From the NCBI GenBank assembly GCA_902574995.1, contig CACGPP010000006.1, positions 16,140 to 80,139 on the forward strand: a DNA stretch of 64,000 nt. The letters are read 5' to 3'. Source of the stretch: an uncultured Alphaproteobacteria bacterium. GTDB lineage: Bacteria > Pseudomonadota > Alphaproteobacteria > HIMB59. Under the pieces are notes generated by a model that did no database searches, had not been told where the DNA came from, and was given only the letters and a program-made list of their open reading frames with translations. A program made the position numbers and the translations under genes. Shown piece by piece: positions 9,164 to 19,950 of the stretch (positions are counted from its first letter, which is position 1; the number at the start of each line of letters is the position of its first letter).

Positions 9164-9782
9164 GCTTTTCCTCATCCACACTATTAGATTGTTTTAAGCC
9201 TGTTGAAATATCAATTCCATGAGGAGATATTGTTTTAATTGCCTCTTTTATGTTATCTATATTTATTCCCCCACCAAGGTAGAGAGGTTTCGCAAAGATC
9301 TTTAATTGATTGATTTGTTTTTCACATTCCACAAGAGATTTTTTTTCAATAGTATCTTTTCTGTAAATATTTAAATCATAATAAAAACTACTTATATTAT
9401 TTAAAATCTCTTCAAAGAAATTATAGTCAAAATTCTCATAATTTACCGAAATTGAAATTTTTGCATCTGTTTTATTATTCAGCAATTCAATTTCTTCATT
9501 TTTATATTGATTAGATATGCAAACCTCTTTTATTGCTACATCATTTACGATACTAATTACTTCTTGTATCTGTATATTTCCAATCAATAAAATTGGATTT
9601 AATTTTAAATTGTAGGATGCAATAGTCAGTTCTTGAATTTCTTTAGTACTAAGTGTATTTGGGCCATATAAGTAATCACTTACAAGGCCCACCCTACTTA
9701 CAGAGTACTTTTGAATTACTTCTAAAGATTTTTGATCTGTAATACCACAAACTTTAAGTTGGATATTACCATAATTGAACAT
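9120..9782 (-). CDS. Phosphoribosylanthranilate isomerase-like TIM barrel (TrpF-like, divergent)
   Basis: LKVCGIT N-terminus; LGGGINIDNI...GIDISTGLK C-terminus; no trp operon context. Confidence 0.65.
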   Translation of the reverse strand: MFNYGNIQLKVCGITDQKSLEVIQKYSVSRVGLVSDYLYGPNTLSTKEIQELTIASYNLKLNPILLIGNIQIQEVISIVNDVAIKEVCISNQYKNEEIELLNNKTDAKISISVNYENFDYNFFEEILNNISSFYYDLNIYRKDTIEKKSLVECEKQINQLKIFAKPLYLGGGINIDNIKEAIKTISPHGIDISTGLKQSNSVDEEKLKKILDNLGFDEIS

Positions 9783-9785
9783 TAA

Positions 9786-11948
<2,163 letters not shown>

Positions 11949-12042
11949 CTACTTAATTAATATTGAAGTCATTAAAATTTAACCTGTAAGTAAGTCAACA
12001 ATACGAATTGTCTCTGTTAATAATTTACAAAAATCCTTGAAA

Positions 12043-12687
12043 TTATTTGCTTTTAAAGAACTGGTTATACAAAATGTAGGCAGCAAACATTCCAATAACT
12101 TGACAACTAATAAAAAATATTACAGTGGAGGGATTGATACCCGTAAATGACTCAGTAAACATTCTAGCAATTGTTACAGCCGGATTTGCAAAACTTGTAG
12201 ATGATGTAAATATAAGAGCTGCTGTAATATAAATACCAACATTAAATGAAACTACATTTTTACCATCTGCTCTAGATAAAAGTATGACCAATAATAATCC
12301 AGTTGCAGCAAAAAATTCGGAAATATATATATTTGCCCCACTTCTTATATTTGAAGAAATCTCAATTACATTTAATCCAAAAATATAATTAGCAAAAAGT
12401 GTGCCTAGTACAGCTGCAATGATTTGTATTAGTATATAAAGAAATAAATCCCTAGAACTCAATTCTTTTTGTAAGAAAAATATAATTGAAACAATAGGAT
12501 TAAAATGAGCTCCAGAAAAATTTGCAAATATTCTAATTATAAAAATTAGTGTGAAACCTATTACAACAGCATGACTAAATAAAATTACCATTTGATCATT
12601 CGTATATTGCTGTCCCGCTATACCAGATCCAACAATTGATACTAATAAAATAAATGTGCCTATAAATTCAGATATGTATTTTTGCAT
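12043..12687 (-). CDS. MIP-family channel (aquaporin, AqpS-like subgroup)
   Basis: SGAHFNPI and FTSSTSFANPAVTIAR motifs; hydrophobic helices. Confidence 0.85.
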   Translation of the reverse strand: MQKYISEFIGTFILLVSIVGSGIAGQQYTNDQMVILFSHAVVIGFTLIFIIRIFANFSGAHFNPIVSIIFFLQKELSSRDLFLYILIQIIAAVLGTLFANYIFGLNVIEISSNIRSGANIYISEFFAATGLLLVILLSRADGKNVVSFNVGIYITAALIFTSSTSFANPAVTIARMFTESFTGINPSTVIFFISCQVIGMFAAYILYNQFFKSK

Positions 12688-12726
12688 TTTTAAAGTCTTA
12701 ATGTATCATTGCTAAGTTTTAAAGAA

Positions 12727-13032
12727 ATGTATTATGAATTTTTAGTTACATACCTTGATGCACCATTTCTATTGCTATCTGCTGTAACCACTGGTTTGAT
12801 AATTCGTATTTTTTATAAACAGTATATGAATACAAAGCTACCAATGAGGGTAGTTATTTCTATAGCTCTTTTTCTTATTAATGCGATTATTTTAGTTCCT
12901 GGAATTGTCTTTTTATATAGATGGGTAATGTTATGTGGTTTTTACCAACCAAGCGGCGTTTTTGAAACAGGGTATGGTTGTAGTGGGGACGTTTTTAGTC
13001 TACTTGTTCCAGGGCTTTTTTTACTTTCGTAA
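12727..13032 (+). CDS. Hypothetical membrane protein
   Basis: ORF with 2-3 hydrophobic segments filling the gap; 3' end overlaps the convergent aminotransferase gene. Confidence 0.5.
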   Translation: MYYEFLVTYLDAPFLLLSAVTTGLIIRIFYKQYMNTKLPMRVVISIALFLINAIILVPGIVFLYRWVMLCGFYQPSGVFETGYGCSGDVFSLLVPGLFLLS

Positions 13033-14308
13033 ACATTTCATCGACCTGATTTTCTTTAATTATTAAAGGTGGAGAAAAAGCAAGCGTATCTCCGTTAGCT
13101 CTTACCATTAAGCCAAGATCCCAAGCTTTTTTCATAGCTTCAAACCCTCTTGCACCAACAGCGTTACCTTTAGGCTCTAATTCGAGTGCAGCAATCACTC
13201 CTAAATTTCTAATATCGATTATATGTTTTGTTCCCTTCAGGCTATGAGCGGCTTCTTCAATAATAGGAGCCATATGAGCAGCATTATCAAATAATCCCTC
13301 TTCTTGATAAATATCTAGTGTTGCTAAGGCTGCAGCGCAAGCAACAGGATGACCAGAATAAGTATATCCATGAAATAATTCTATTGGAGCATCTGCATTT
13401 TCCATCATTGACTCATAAATAAAGTCTTGAACTATGGTTGCACCCATAGGGATGGTGGCATTTGTAATGCCTTTTGCACATGAAATAATATCTGGTGTTA
13501 CACCAAAAAACTCAGAGCCAGTTGCTTTTCCCATACGGCCAAAAGCAGTTACGACTTCATCAAAAATTAATAAAATGTCATGTTTTGTGCAGAGCTCTCT
13601 TAATCTTTTTAAGTATCCTTTAGGCGGAGGCAGCGCACCAGTTGATCCAGCAATTGGCTCAACAATTACAGCTGCAATAGTTGATGCATCATGCAATTGA
13701 ACAAGACGCTCTAAATCATCGGCAAGTTCTGCTCCATGTTCAGGTTCACCTTTTGAAAAAGCATTTAATTTTAAATTGTGGGTATGGCGTAAATGGTCAA
13801 CACCATTTAGCATTGATCCGAAGTACATTCTATTTTTTACCATACCACCTACACTTATTCCTCCAAAGCCCACACCATGATAACCTCTTTCGCGACCTAT
13901 TAATCTAGTTTTAGATGAGTGTCCGCGTGCACGTTGATAAGCTAGCGCAATTTTCAATGCACTATCTACTGCTTCAGATCCTGAATTAGAAAAGAAAACA
14001 TGATTCATTCCTTCAGGAAAAATCTCTGCTAAACGATTAGCTAGTTCAAATTGTTTTGGATGTCCAAATTGAAAAGGTGGAGAGTAATCAAGATTTTCAA
14101 TTTGTTTATTTACAGCTTCTTGAATTTTTTTTCTACCATGACCAGCGTTTACACACCAAAGCCCTGCAGTGCCATCTAAAATTTCTCGATTATCGTCACT
14201 AATAAAATGCATATCTTTAGCACCGACTATAATTCTTGGATCTTTCTTAAATACTTTGTTAGGAGTGAAAGGCATCCACAGCGGTTCTAAATTATTTGGC
14301 TTATTCAT
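12995..14308 (-). CDS. Class III aminotransferase (omega-amino acid/beta-alanine:pyruvate type)
   Basis: WMPFT, DGTAGLWCVNAGHGR, NSGSEAVD, YHGVGFGGISVGG, FDEVVTAFGR, AKGITN, HGYTYSGHP. Confidence 0.9.
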   Translation of the reverse strand: MNKPNNLEPLWMPFTPNKVFKKDPRIIVGAKDMHFISDDNREILDGTAGLWCVNAGHGRKKIQEAVNKQIENLDYSPPFQFGHPKQFELANRLAEIFPEGMNHVFFSNSGSEAVDSALKIALAYQRARGHSSKTRLIGRERGYHGVGFGGISVGGMVKNRMYFGSMLNGVDHLRHTHNLKLNAFSKGEPEHGAELADDLERLVQLHDASTIAAVIVEPIAGSTGALPPPKGYLKRLRELCTKHDILLIFDEVVTAFGRMGKATGSEFFGVTPDIISCAKGITNATIPMGATIVQDFIYESMMENADAPIELFHGYTYSGHPVACAAALATLDIYQEEGLFDNAAHMAPIIEEAAHSLKGTKHIIDIRNLGVIAALELEPKGNAVGARGFEAMKKAWDLGLMVRANGDTLAFSPPLIIKENQVDEMFTKVKKALEQVD

Positions 14309-14392
14309 TTTCTCTCTTGATTTTTATAAAGATACATTATTCCCTCACAATTGCTTCAGCAAGGGTAATAATGTCATCTTTTAGGGTAGGGA

Positions 14393-14414
14393 GAGGGCAG
14401 CGTGGACTGCCCTC
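14393..14414. other. GC-rich hairpin just downstream of the 27-aa peptide ORF
   Basis: GAGGGCAG-N6-CTGCCCTC, perfect 8-bp stem; on the minus strand it is followed by TCCCTACCC rather than a T run. Confidence 0.6.
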
Positions 14415-14421
14415 ATAACAA

Positions 14422-14505
14422 TCACATTTTTGATCCGATGAAACCTGCTATGAACCAAATAATCATAACTATAAAGGGGTAGTGTCCTGTAAACATATCT
14501 GCCAT
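14422..14505 (-). CDS. Unannotated 27-aa hydrophobic peptide MADMFTGHYPFIVMIIWFIAGFIGSKM
   Basis: GGAGG RBS 5 nt before ATG, TATAAT upstream (14546-14551), single hydrophobic helix, hairpin after the stop. Confidence 0.65.
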   Translation of the reverse strand: MADMFTGHYPFIVMIIWFIAGFIGSKM

Positions 14506-14550
14506 TTAAACCTCCATGATTCCTTTAATTAGGTTATAGGATTTCATTAT

Positions 14551-14571
14551 AATATGCAATATTTGCATATT
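14551..14571. promoter_or_regulatory. Palindromic operator AATATGCAA-TAT-TTGCATATT (contains T-N11-A)
   Basis: Perfect 9-bp inverted repeat abutting the TATAAT of the peptide gene. Confidence 0.55.
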
Positions 14572-14591
14572 TATAGACAAATTTTGTTAAT

Positions 14592-14623
14592 TTATCCACA
14601 TTTATTGTGAATTATGGGGATTA
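14592..14623. promoter_or_regulatory. DnaA box cluster (one perfect, two degenerate)
   Basis: TTATCCACA at 14592-14600; opposite-orientation TGTGAATTA at 14606-14614 and TGGGGATTA at 14615-14623. Confidence 0.45.
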
Positions 14624-14694
14624 ATTATGCATTTTTTTTATACCAATAAGCACCATTGTTATTTCTTCGTCCTTATAATAAGTATAACTAGCTT

Positions 14695-15174
14695 ATGAGC
14701 GTTGTTTCGAAAACAATCAAATATTTACTCGATAAAAACATATCAGTTTCAACAGCAGAATCTTGTACTGGTGGTTTGCTTGCAGCAGAATTTACAGCTG
14801 TGTCTGGTATATCTAAAATTTATAAAACTGGTTTGATAACATATTCAAATGACTCAAAAATTAAAAATCTCAAAGTCAAACCAAGTACTATCAAAAGGTA
14901 CGGTGCAGTCAGCCGTCAAGTATGTGCTCAAATGTGTTTACATTTGCACAAAATTTCCAAAAGTCAGCTAACATTTTCAACTACAGGTGTAGCTGGTCCA
15001 AACGGTGGTACTAAATCAAAACCTGTAGGTTTAGTTTTTATCGGATTATATTTTAAAAAAAATGTTTATATCGAACAATTAAATTTCAATCCAAAACTTT
15101 CTAGAATTCAAATTCAAAAAGGCACAGTGAAAGAATGTTTTCACATGTTAAATAATATTATAGATGAGCTATAA
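14695..15174 (+). CDS. pncC: CinA C-terminal domain protein / NMN deamidase (PncC-like)
   Basis: TAESCTGG, TYSNDSK, YGAVS, TGVAGP.GG..KPVGLV. Confidence 0.85.
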   Translation: MSVVSKTIKYLLDKNISVSTAESCTGGLLAAEFTAVSGISKIYKTGLITYSNDSKIKNLKVKPSTIKRYGAVSRQVCAQMCLHLHKISKSQLTFSTTGVAGPNGGTKSKPVGLVFIGLYFKKNVYIEQLNFNPKLSRIQIQKGTVKECFHMLNNIIDEL

Positions 15175-16465
15175 GCGAAATTATAATAGTTTACTACCTG
15201 ATGATTTCGAGCTCAGTAAAGAATTTGAAAATATCATTGAGCAACTAGAAAGCACAAAAGATCATTTTTATATTACTGGTAAAGCAGGTAGTGGTAAGTC
15301 TACACTATTGGCCTACTTTCGATCTATAACAAAGAAGAATACAGTTGTTCTTGCTCCAACAGGAGTTGCTGCAATCCGAGTTAAAGGACAAACTATTCAC
15401 TCATTTTTTGGTTTTCCACCAAAGGTTATTCAAACACGACATATAAAAAAAGTAAGACAAATCGAAATTCTTCAAAATTTGGAAACATTAATTATTGATG
15501 AGATATCTATGGTTCGTGCTGATGTTTTTGATGCGATTGATTATAGCCTTCGTGTTCACAGAAAAAAACTTACACAACCATTTGGCGGAGTTCAGTTAAT
15601 AGTTTTTGGGGATTTATTTCAACTACCACCAGTTGTGAATATGGATGAGTCAGGACTTCTACAGCGCATTTATCCTAAAGGTCATTTCTTCTTTCACTCA
15701 AATATTTTCCAAGACGCACAATTTAAAACACTTGAACTACATAATATTTATCGACAAAAAGATGACCATTTTATTCATTTGCTTAACTCTGTAAGAGATG
15801 GCTCAATTACTCACACGCAGATCGAGAATATAAACGACTCTTTAACTGATCACATTGAGATGGATGAAGGTAAAATCATACTTACTACAACTAATGCTCG
15901 AGCGAGTAGCATTAATCAAAAATATTTAAGCCAGTTAAATCAGGAGGAGTTTTCTTACAGGGGACAAGCTACTGGCCAATTTTATAAAGAATTATTTCCC
16001 ACCGATGAAATCTTAAAATTAAAAAAAGGAGCCCAAGTAATTATGATTAAAAATGATCCTGAAAAAAGGTGGGTTAATGGATCCATTGGTATAATTCATG
16101 ATATCGCTCAAAAAAAAATAAAAGTAAAAATCAATAATAAAATATATGAGGTTAAAAAAGAAAAATGGGATCGTATTCAATATACCTATGATGATGATCA
16201 ACAAGAAGTTCAAGAGGAAATAACAGGATCTTTCAAACAGTATCCAATGAGATTAGCTTGGGCAATTACAATTCATAAAAGCCAGGGACAAACATTTGAA
16301 AAAGTTATTATAGATATGAGTCAAGGTTCTTTTGCTCCAGGACAACTTTATGTTGCACTAAGTAGATGTATAAGTTTGGAAGGTATAGAACTGCTAAGAC
16401 CTATTAAAAAATCAGATATCATTGTTAACAATCAATTGATAGGTTTCCAAGACAGATTAATTTAA
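15164..16465 (+). CDS. Pif1-like SF1B DNA helicase
   Basis: TGKAGSGKST, APTGVAA, TIHSFF, IIDEISM, PFGGVQLIVFGDLFQLPPV, LAWAITIHKSQGQT, YVALSR. Confidence 0.9.
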   Translation: MSYKRNYNSLLPDDFELSKEFENIIEQLESTKDHFYITGKAGSGKSTLLAYFRSITKKNTVVLAPTGVAAIRVKGQTIHSFFGFPPKVIQTRHIKKVRQIEILQNLETLIIDEISMVRADVFDAIDYSLRVHRKKLTQPFGGVQLIVFGDLFQLPPVVNMDESGLLQRIYPKGHFFFHSNIFQDAQFKTLELHNIYRQKDDHFIHLLNSVRDGSITHTQIENINDSLTDHIEMDEGKIILTTTNARASSINQKYLSQLNQEEFSYRGQATGQFYKELFPTDEILKLKKGAQVIMIKNDPEKRWVNGSIGIIHDIAQKKIKVKINNKIYEVKKEKWDRIQYTYDDDQQEVQEEITGSFKQYPMRLAWAITIHKSQGQTFEKVIIDMSQGSFAPGQLYVALSRCISLEGIELLRPIKKSDIIVNNQLIGFQDRLI

Positions 16466-16466
16466 G

Positions 16467-16640
16467 ATGGGTAAAAAAATATTATATAGTATTGCAGTCT
16501 TTGGCATTATAGGTTTAGGCCTATATATTTCTTCGACATTTGAATACCATGAATACTATGAGGAATGTGAAAAACAAAGCAACACTCAAGGAGGTATAGA
16601 GTCTTGTGTTGATTTTATGATAGAGGAAGCAAAAAAATGA
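16467..16640 (+). CDS. Unannotated 57-aa protein with N-terminal TM/signal and two Cys
   Basis: MGKKILYSIAVFGIIGLGLYISSTFEYHEYYEECEKQSNTQGGIESCVDFMIEEAKK; starts 1 nt after the helicase stop and has an ATGA overlap with alaX. Confidence 0.7.
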   Translation: MGKKILYSIAVFGIIGLGLYISSTFEYHEYYEECEKQSNTQGGIESCVDFMIEEAKK

Positions 16641-17320
16641 TTTATCTCAAAGATAGTTATACAAAGAGCTTTGAAGAAAAAATTTTATTAGTCGAGGGTG
16701 ACAAAATCATTACTCAAGATAGTTCTTTTTATGCTCAAAGTGGTGGACAACCCGGAGACAAGGGAGTACTTGAAATTAATGATAAAAAATTCAATGTTAT
16801 CAACACAGTTAAACATGAGTTAGGTATTGCCCATGTTGTTGGCTCAGAAAATCTAAATCTATCTGGACAAATAAAAGGCCATATTGATTGGGATCATCGA
16901 TATCGCTTAATGAAAATGCACACCACAATGCACTTAATGTGTGCAGCATTACCTTATTATGTTACAGGAGGATCAATTGGTTTAGAAAAAAGTAGGATTG
17001 ATTTTGATTTAGGTGAAGAAACATTTGAATTTGAAACTTTAAATAAAATCATTAATGAATTTATTCAACAATCTCATTCTATTTCTTATCAGTGGATAAC
17101 AAATGATGAGCTAGATCAAAAACCTGAACTAGTGCGAACCTTGTCAGTTAAACCGCCAAGAACAAATGATAAAATTCGCCTTGTTAAAATAGGAGATATT
17201 GATTTACAACCGTGTGGGGGAACTCACGTAGCAAATACAAATGAAATTGGCGAATTCAAATTTATGAAGTATGAGAGTAAAGGAAAAATGAATAAACGTG
17301 TTCAGTTTACTCTCATATAA
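16637..17320 (+). CDS. alaX: Free-standing alanyl-tRNA editing protein AlaX
   Basis: FYAQSGGQPGDKG, HTTMH (HxxxH) and CGGTH (CxxxH) Zn ligands. Confidence 0.9.
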   Translation: MIYLKDSYTKSFEEKILLVEGDKIITQDSSFYAQSGGQPGDKGVLEINDKKFNVINTVKHELGIAHVVGSENLNLSGQIKGHIDWDHRYRLMKMHTTMHLMCAALPYYVTGGSIGLEKSRIDFDLGEETFEFETLNKIINEFIQQSHSISYQWITNDELDQKPELVRTLSVKPPRTNDKIRLVKIGDIDLQPCGGTHVANTNEIGEFKFMKYESKGKMNKRVQFTLI

Positions 17321-18219
17321 TGCACAAAGCATCTTTTAAAGATTTTTTACTTTTATTTTTATTAGCTGGTATATGGGGAAGTGCGTTCTTTAACATCAAA
17401 ATTGCCTCAGAAAGCTATACACCAATGGCACTTGCCTTTGGTAGAATTTTTTTTGCTGCAATAGTAATGCTTGTTTACTGTTGGATAAGAAAAATTTCAA
17501 TTGAAGCATTTGGAGAGAATTGGTTATGGTACGCAACTATAGGATTTGTGAATTTAGTTCTCCCCTTTTTTTTTATTTCATTCGGCATATTAAAGGTTCA
17601 AAGTAATCTAGCAGCAATCTTGATGTCTACGGCACCTATTGCAGCAACAATCTTAGGGCATTTATTTATTCAAAATGAAAAAATTAATCTTTTAAAATTT
17701 GTTGGAATATTAATAGGCTTTCTTGGTATCGTTTATTTATTTTCAGATAATATTCTAATCAATCAGTCAAATATCTTTTATGCTTTTATGGTAATCTTGG
17801 GTCCAGTTTGTTACACCATAGGTGGACTATTTTCACTCAAGCTAAAACATATAAAAAATGAAGTACTTACATCAAGTATTTTAATTTGGGCAGTTATTCT
17901 TTTATTACCAATTATGTTCATTTTTGAAAATCCAACAGAATTGAGACCCTCTCTTAATGCTACAATTTCTCTTCTGTATCTTGGTATTGTTGCGACAGCG
18001 ATAGCTTGGTTAATGAGATTTTATATTCTTAAAAATAACGGCTTAGTTTTTCAATCACAAGTTGCCTACATCATTCCAATTTTTGGTTTGATATTTGGAT
18101 ATCTTTTTTTAAACGAAAAAATAACTTATAAAATTATTGTTGCCCTTATTGCTGTTTTAATAAGCACTTACTTAATTGAAAAAAGTAAAAAAAATAAGAT
18201 TACTGATAAACTATCTTGA
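17320..18219 (+). CDS. DMT/EamA family transporter
   Basis: About ten TM segments, IWGSAF N-terminus, duplicated EamA halves. Confidence 0.85.
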   Translation: MHKASFKDFLLLFLLAGIWGSAFFNIKIASESYTPMALAFGRIFFAAIVMLVYCWIRKISIEAFGENWLWYATIGFVNLVLPFFFISFGILKVQSNLAAILMSTAPIAATILGHLFIQNEKINLLKFVGILIGFLGIVYLFSDNILINQSNIFYAFMVILGPVCYTIGGLFSLKLKHIKNEVLTSSILIWAVILLLPIMFIFENPTELRPSLNATISLLYLGIVATAIAWLMRFYILKNNGLVFQSQVAYIIPIFGLIFGYLFLNEKITYKIIVALIAVLISTYLIEKSKKNKITDKLS

Positions 18220-18256
18220 TGTTATTTGCTTATAATATACTGTACGCAATCTAATT

Positions 18257-19186
18257 ATGTCAGCAGATATCTTAATTAAAATTGATAATTTAAAAAAAAC
18301 TTTTCAAGGAGGTTTAGAAGCCCTTAAAGGAGTCAATTTAGAAATTCAAAGAGGTGAAATTCTTGCACTTCTTGGTCCAAATGGTGCTGGAAAAACAACA
18401 CTTATTAATGCCATATGTGGGATAGTCTTACCTACATCAGGAACCATTTCAGTTGATGGATATGATGTTGTTAAAGATTTCCGAAAAACTCGATCGATGA
18501 TTGGTCTTGTGCCTCAAGAACTACATTTAGAAGCCTTTGAAAAAGTTTTTCAAAATGTTTCTTACACAAGAGGTCTTTATGGTAAGAAAAAAGATCCTGC
18601 ATACATAGAAAAAATTCTTAAAGATCTCAGCCTTTGGGATAAAAAGGATAGTAAGCTTCGTGAGCTCTCTGGTGGTATGAAGAAAAGAGCATTAATTGCA
18701 AAGGCATTGAGTCATGAACCAAAAATACTTTTTCTTGACGAGCCTACTGCAGGTGTCGATATTAATTTGCGAAGAGATATGTGGAGAGCAGTGAAAGAAC
18801 TCAAAGAAAATGGAGTAACAATTATTCTAACTACTCATTATATCGAAGAAGCTGAGGCTATATCTGATCGAGTATCTGTAATCAATAATGGCGAAATTAT
18901 AATCACTGATAATAAGAATGATTTAATGCGAAAAATGGGTCAAAAGAATTTAACTATAGAATTTCAAGAGCCTTTTAGTCAAATCCCATCTACTTTAGAG
19001 TCGTATAACTTAAAAATGAATAATAATAATTCTTTAACATATTCATATGACTCTCATGGATCTTCGACTGGTATTACTGCACTTCTTCAAGACATAAAGT
19101 CGGCTGGTTTAAAATTAAAAGATTTAAATTCCTCCCAGACATCGTTGGAGACGATATTTGAAAAACTTTTGGAGGAGAGTGTATGA
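18257..19186 (+). CDS. ABC-2 type transporter ATP-binding protein (YadG-like)
   Basis: GPNGAGKTT, LSGGMKKR, FLDEPTAGVD, TTHYIEEAE. Confidence 0.9.
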   Translation: MSADILIKIDNLKKTFQGGLEALKGVNLEIQRGEILALLGPNGAGKTTLINAICGIVLPTSGTISVDGYDVVKDFRKTRSMIGLVPQELHLEAFEKVFQNVSYTRGLYGKKKDPAYIEKILKDLSLWDKKDSKLRELSGGMKKRALIAKALSHEPKILFLDEPTAGVDINLRRDMWRAVKELKENGVTIILTTHYIEEAEAISDRVSVINNGEIIITDNKNDLMRKMGQKNLTIEFQEPFSQIPSTLESYNLKMNNNNSLTYSYDSHGSSTGITALLQDIKSAGLKLKDLNSSQTSLETIFEKLLEESV

Positions 19187-19944
19187 ACTGGACAGGTATA
19201 ATGGCAATTTACTTGCATGAAATGGATCGAATGAGAAGAACAACTGTTCAAAGTATATTTTCTCCTGTGATATCATCCTCTCTTTATTTTGTTGTCTTCG
19301 GTGCTGCAATAGGAAGTCGCATCCCTGTGATTGAAGATATCTCTTATGGTTCTTTCATAGTACCTGGTATGATAATGTTAGCTCTACTTACACAAAGTGT
19401 CTCAAACGCTTCCTCAGGTATTTTTTTTCCAAAGTTTCTTGGAACTATAAATGAAATATATGCTGCCCCACTATCAACAACAGAGATTGTTATTGGTTTT
19501 GTTGGTGCTGCTACCACAAAATCAATAATTTTAGGAAGTTTAATATTAGCAACAGGGTTATTTTTTGTTGAAATATATATTATGCATCCTTTTACAATGA
19601 TTTTAATGCTCGTTTTAACATCTTTAACTTTTAGCTTACTTGGTTTTCTTATAGGGATGTTGTCATCAAATTGGGAGGAACTATCAATATTTCCAACACT
19701 AATTTTATCTCCACTCGTATTTCTTGGTGGATCGCTTTATTCAATAAACTGGTTACCAGAGTTTTGGCAAAACGTTTCTTTGGTAAATCCAGTTCTTTAC
19801 TTAGTTAGTGGTTTTCGATGGAGTTTTTATGAAATGGCTGATGTGAGTATTACAACAAGTTTGATTATGATATTTACATTTTTAATTTTAAATATTTCTG
19901 CAATTATTTATATTTTTTCAAAAGGTTTCAAAATTAAAGATTAG
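19183..19944 (+). CDS. ABC-2 type permease (YadH-like)
   Basis: Hydrophobic helices, SYGSFIVPG, NPVLYLVSGFR; ATGA overlap with the ATPase gene. Confidence 0.88.
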   Translation: MNWTGIMAIYLHEMDRMRRTTVQSIFSPVISSSLYFVVFGAAIGSRIPVIEDISYGSFIVPGMIMLALLTQSVSNASSGIFFPKFLGTINEIYAAPLSTTEIVIGFVGAATTKSIILGSLILATGLFFVEIYIMHPFTMILMLVLTSLTFSLLGFLIGMLSSNWEELSIFPTLILSPLVFLGGSLYSINWLPEFWQNVSLVNPVLYLVSGFRWSFYEMADVSITTSLIMIFTFLILNISAIIYIFSKGFKIKD

Positions 19945-19950
19945 AAACAG

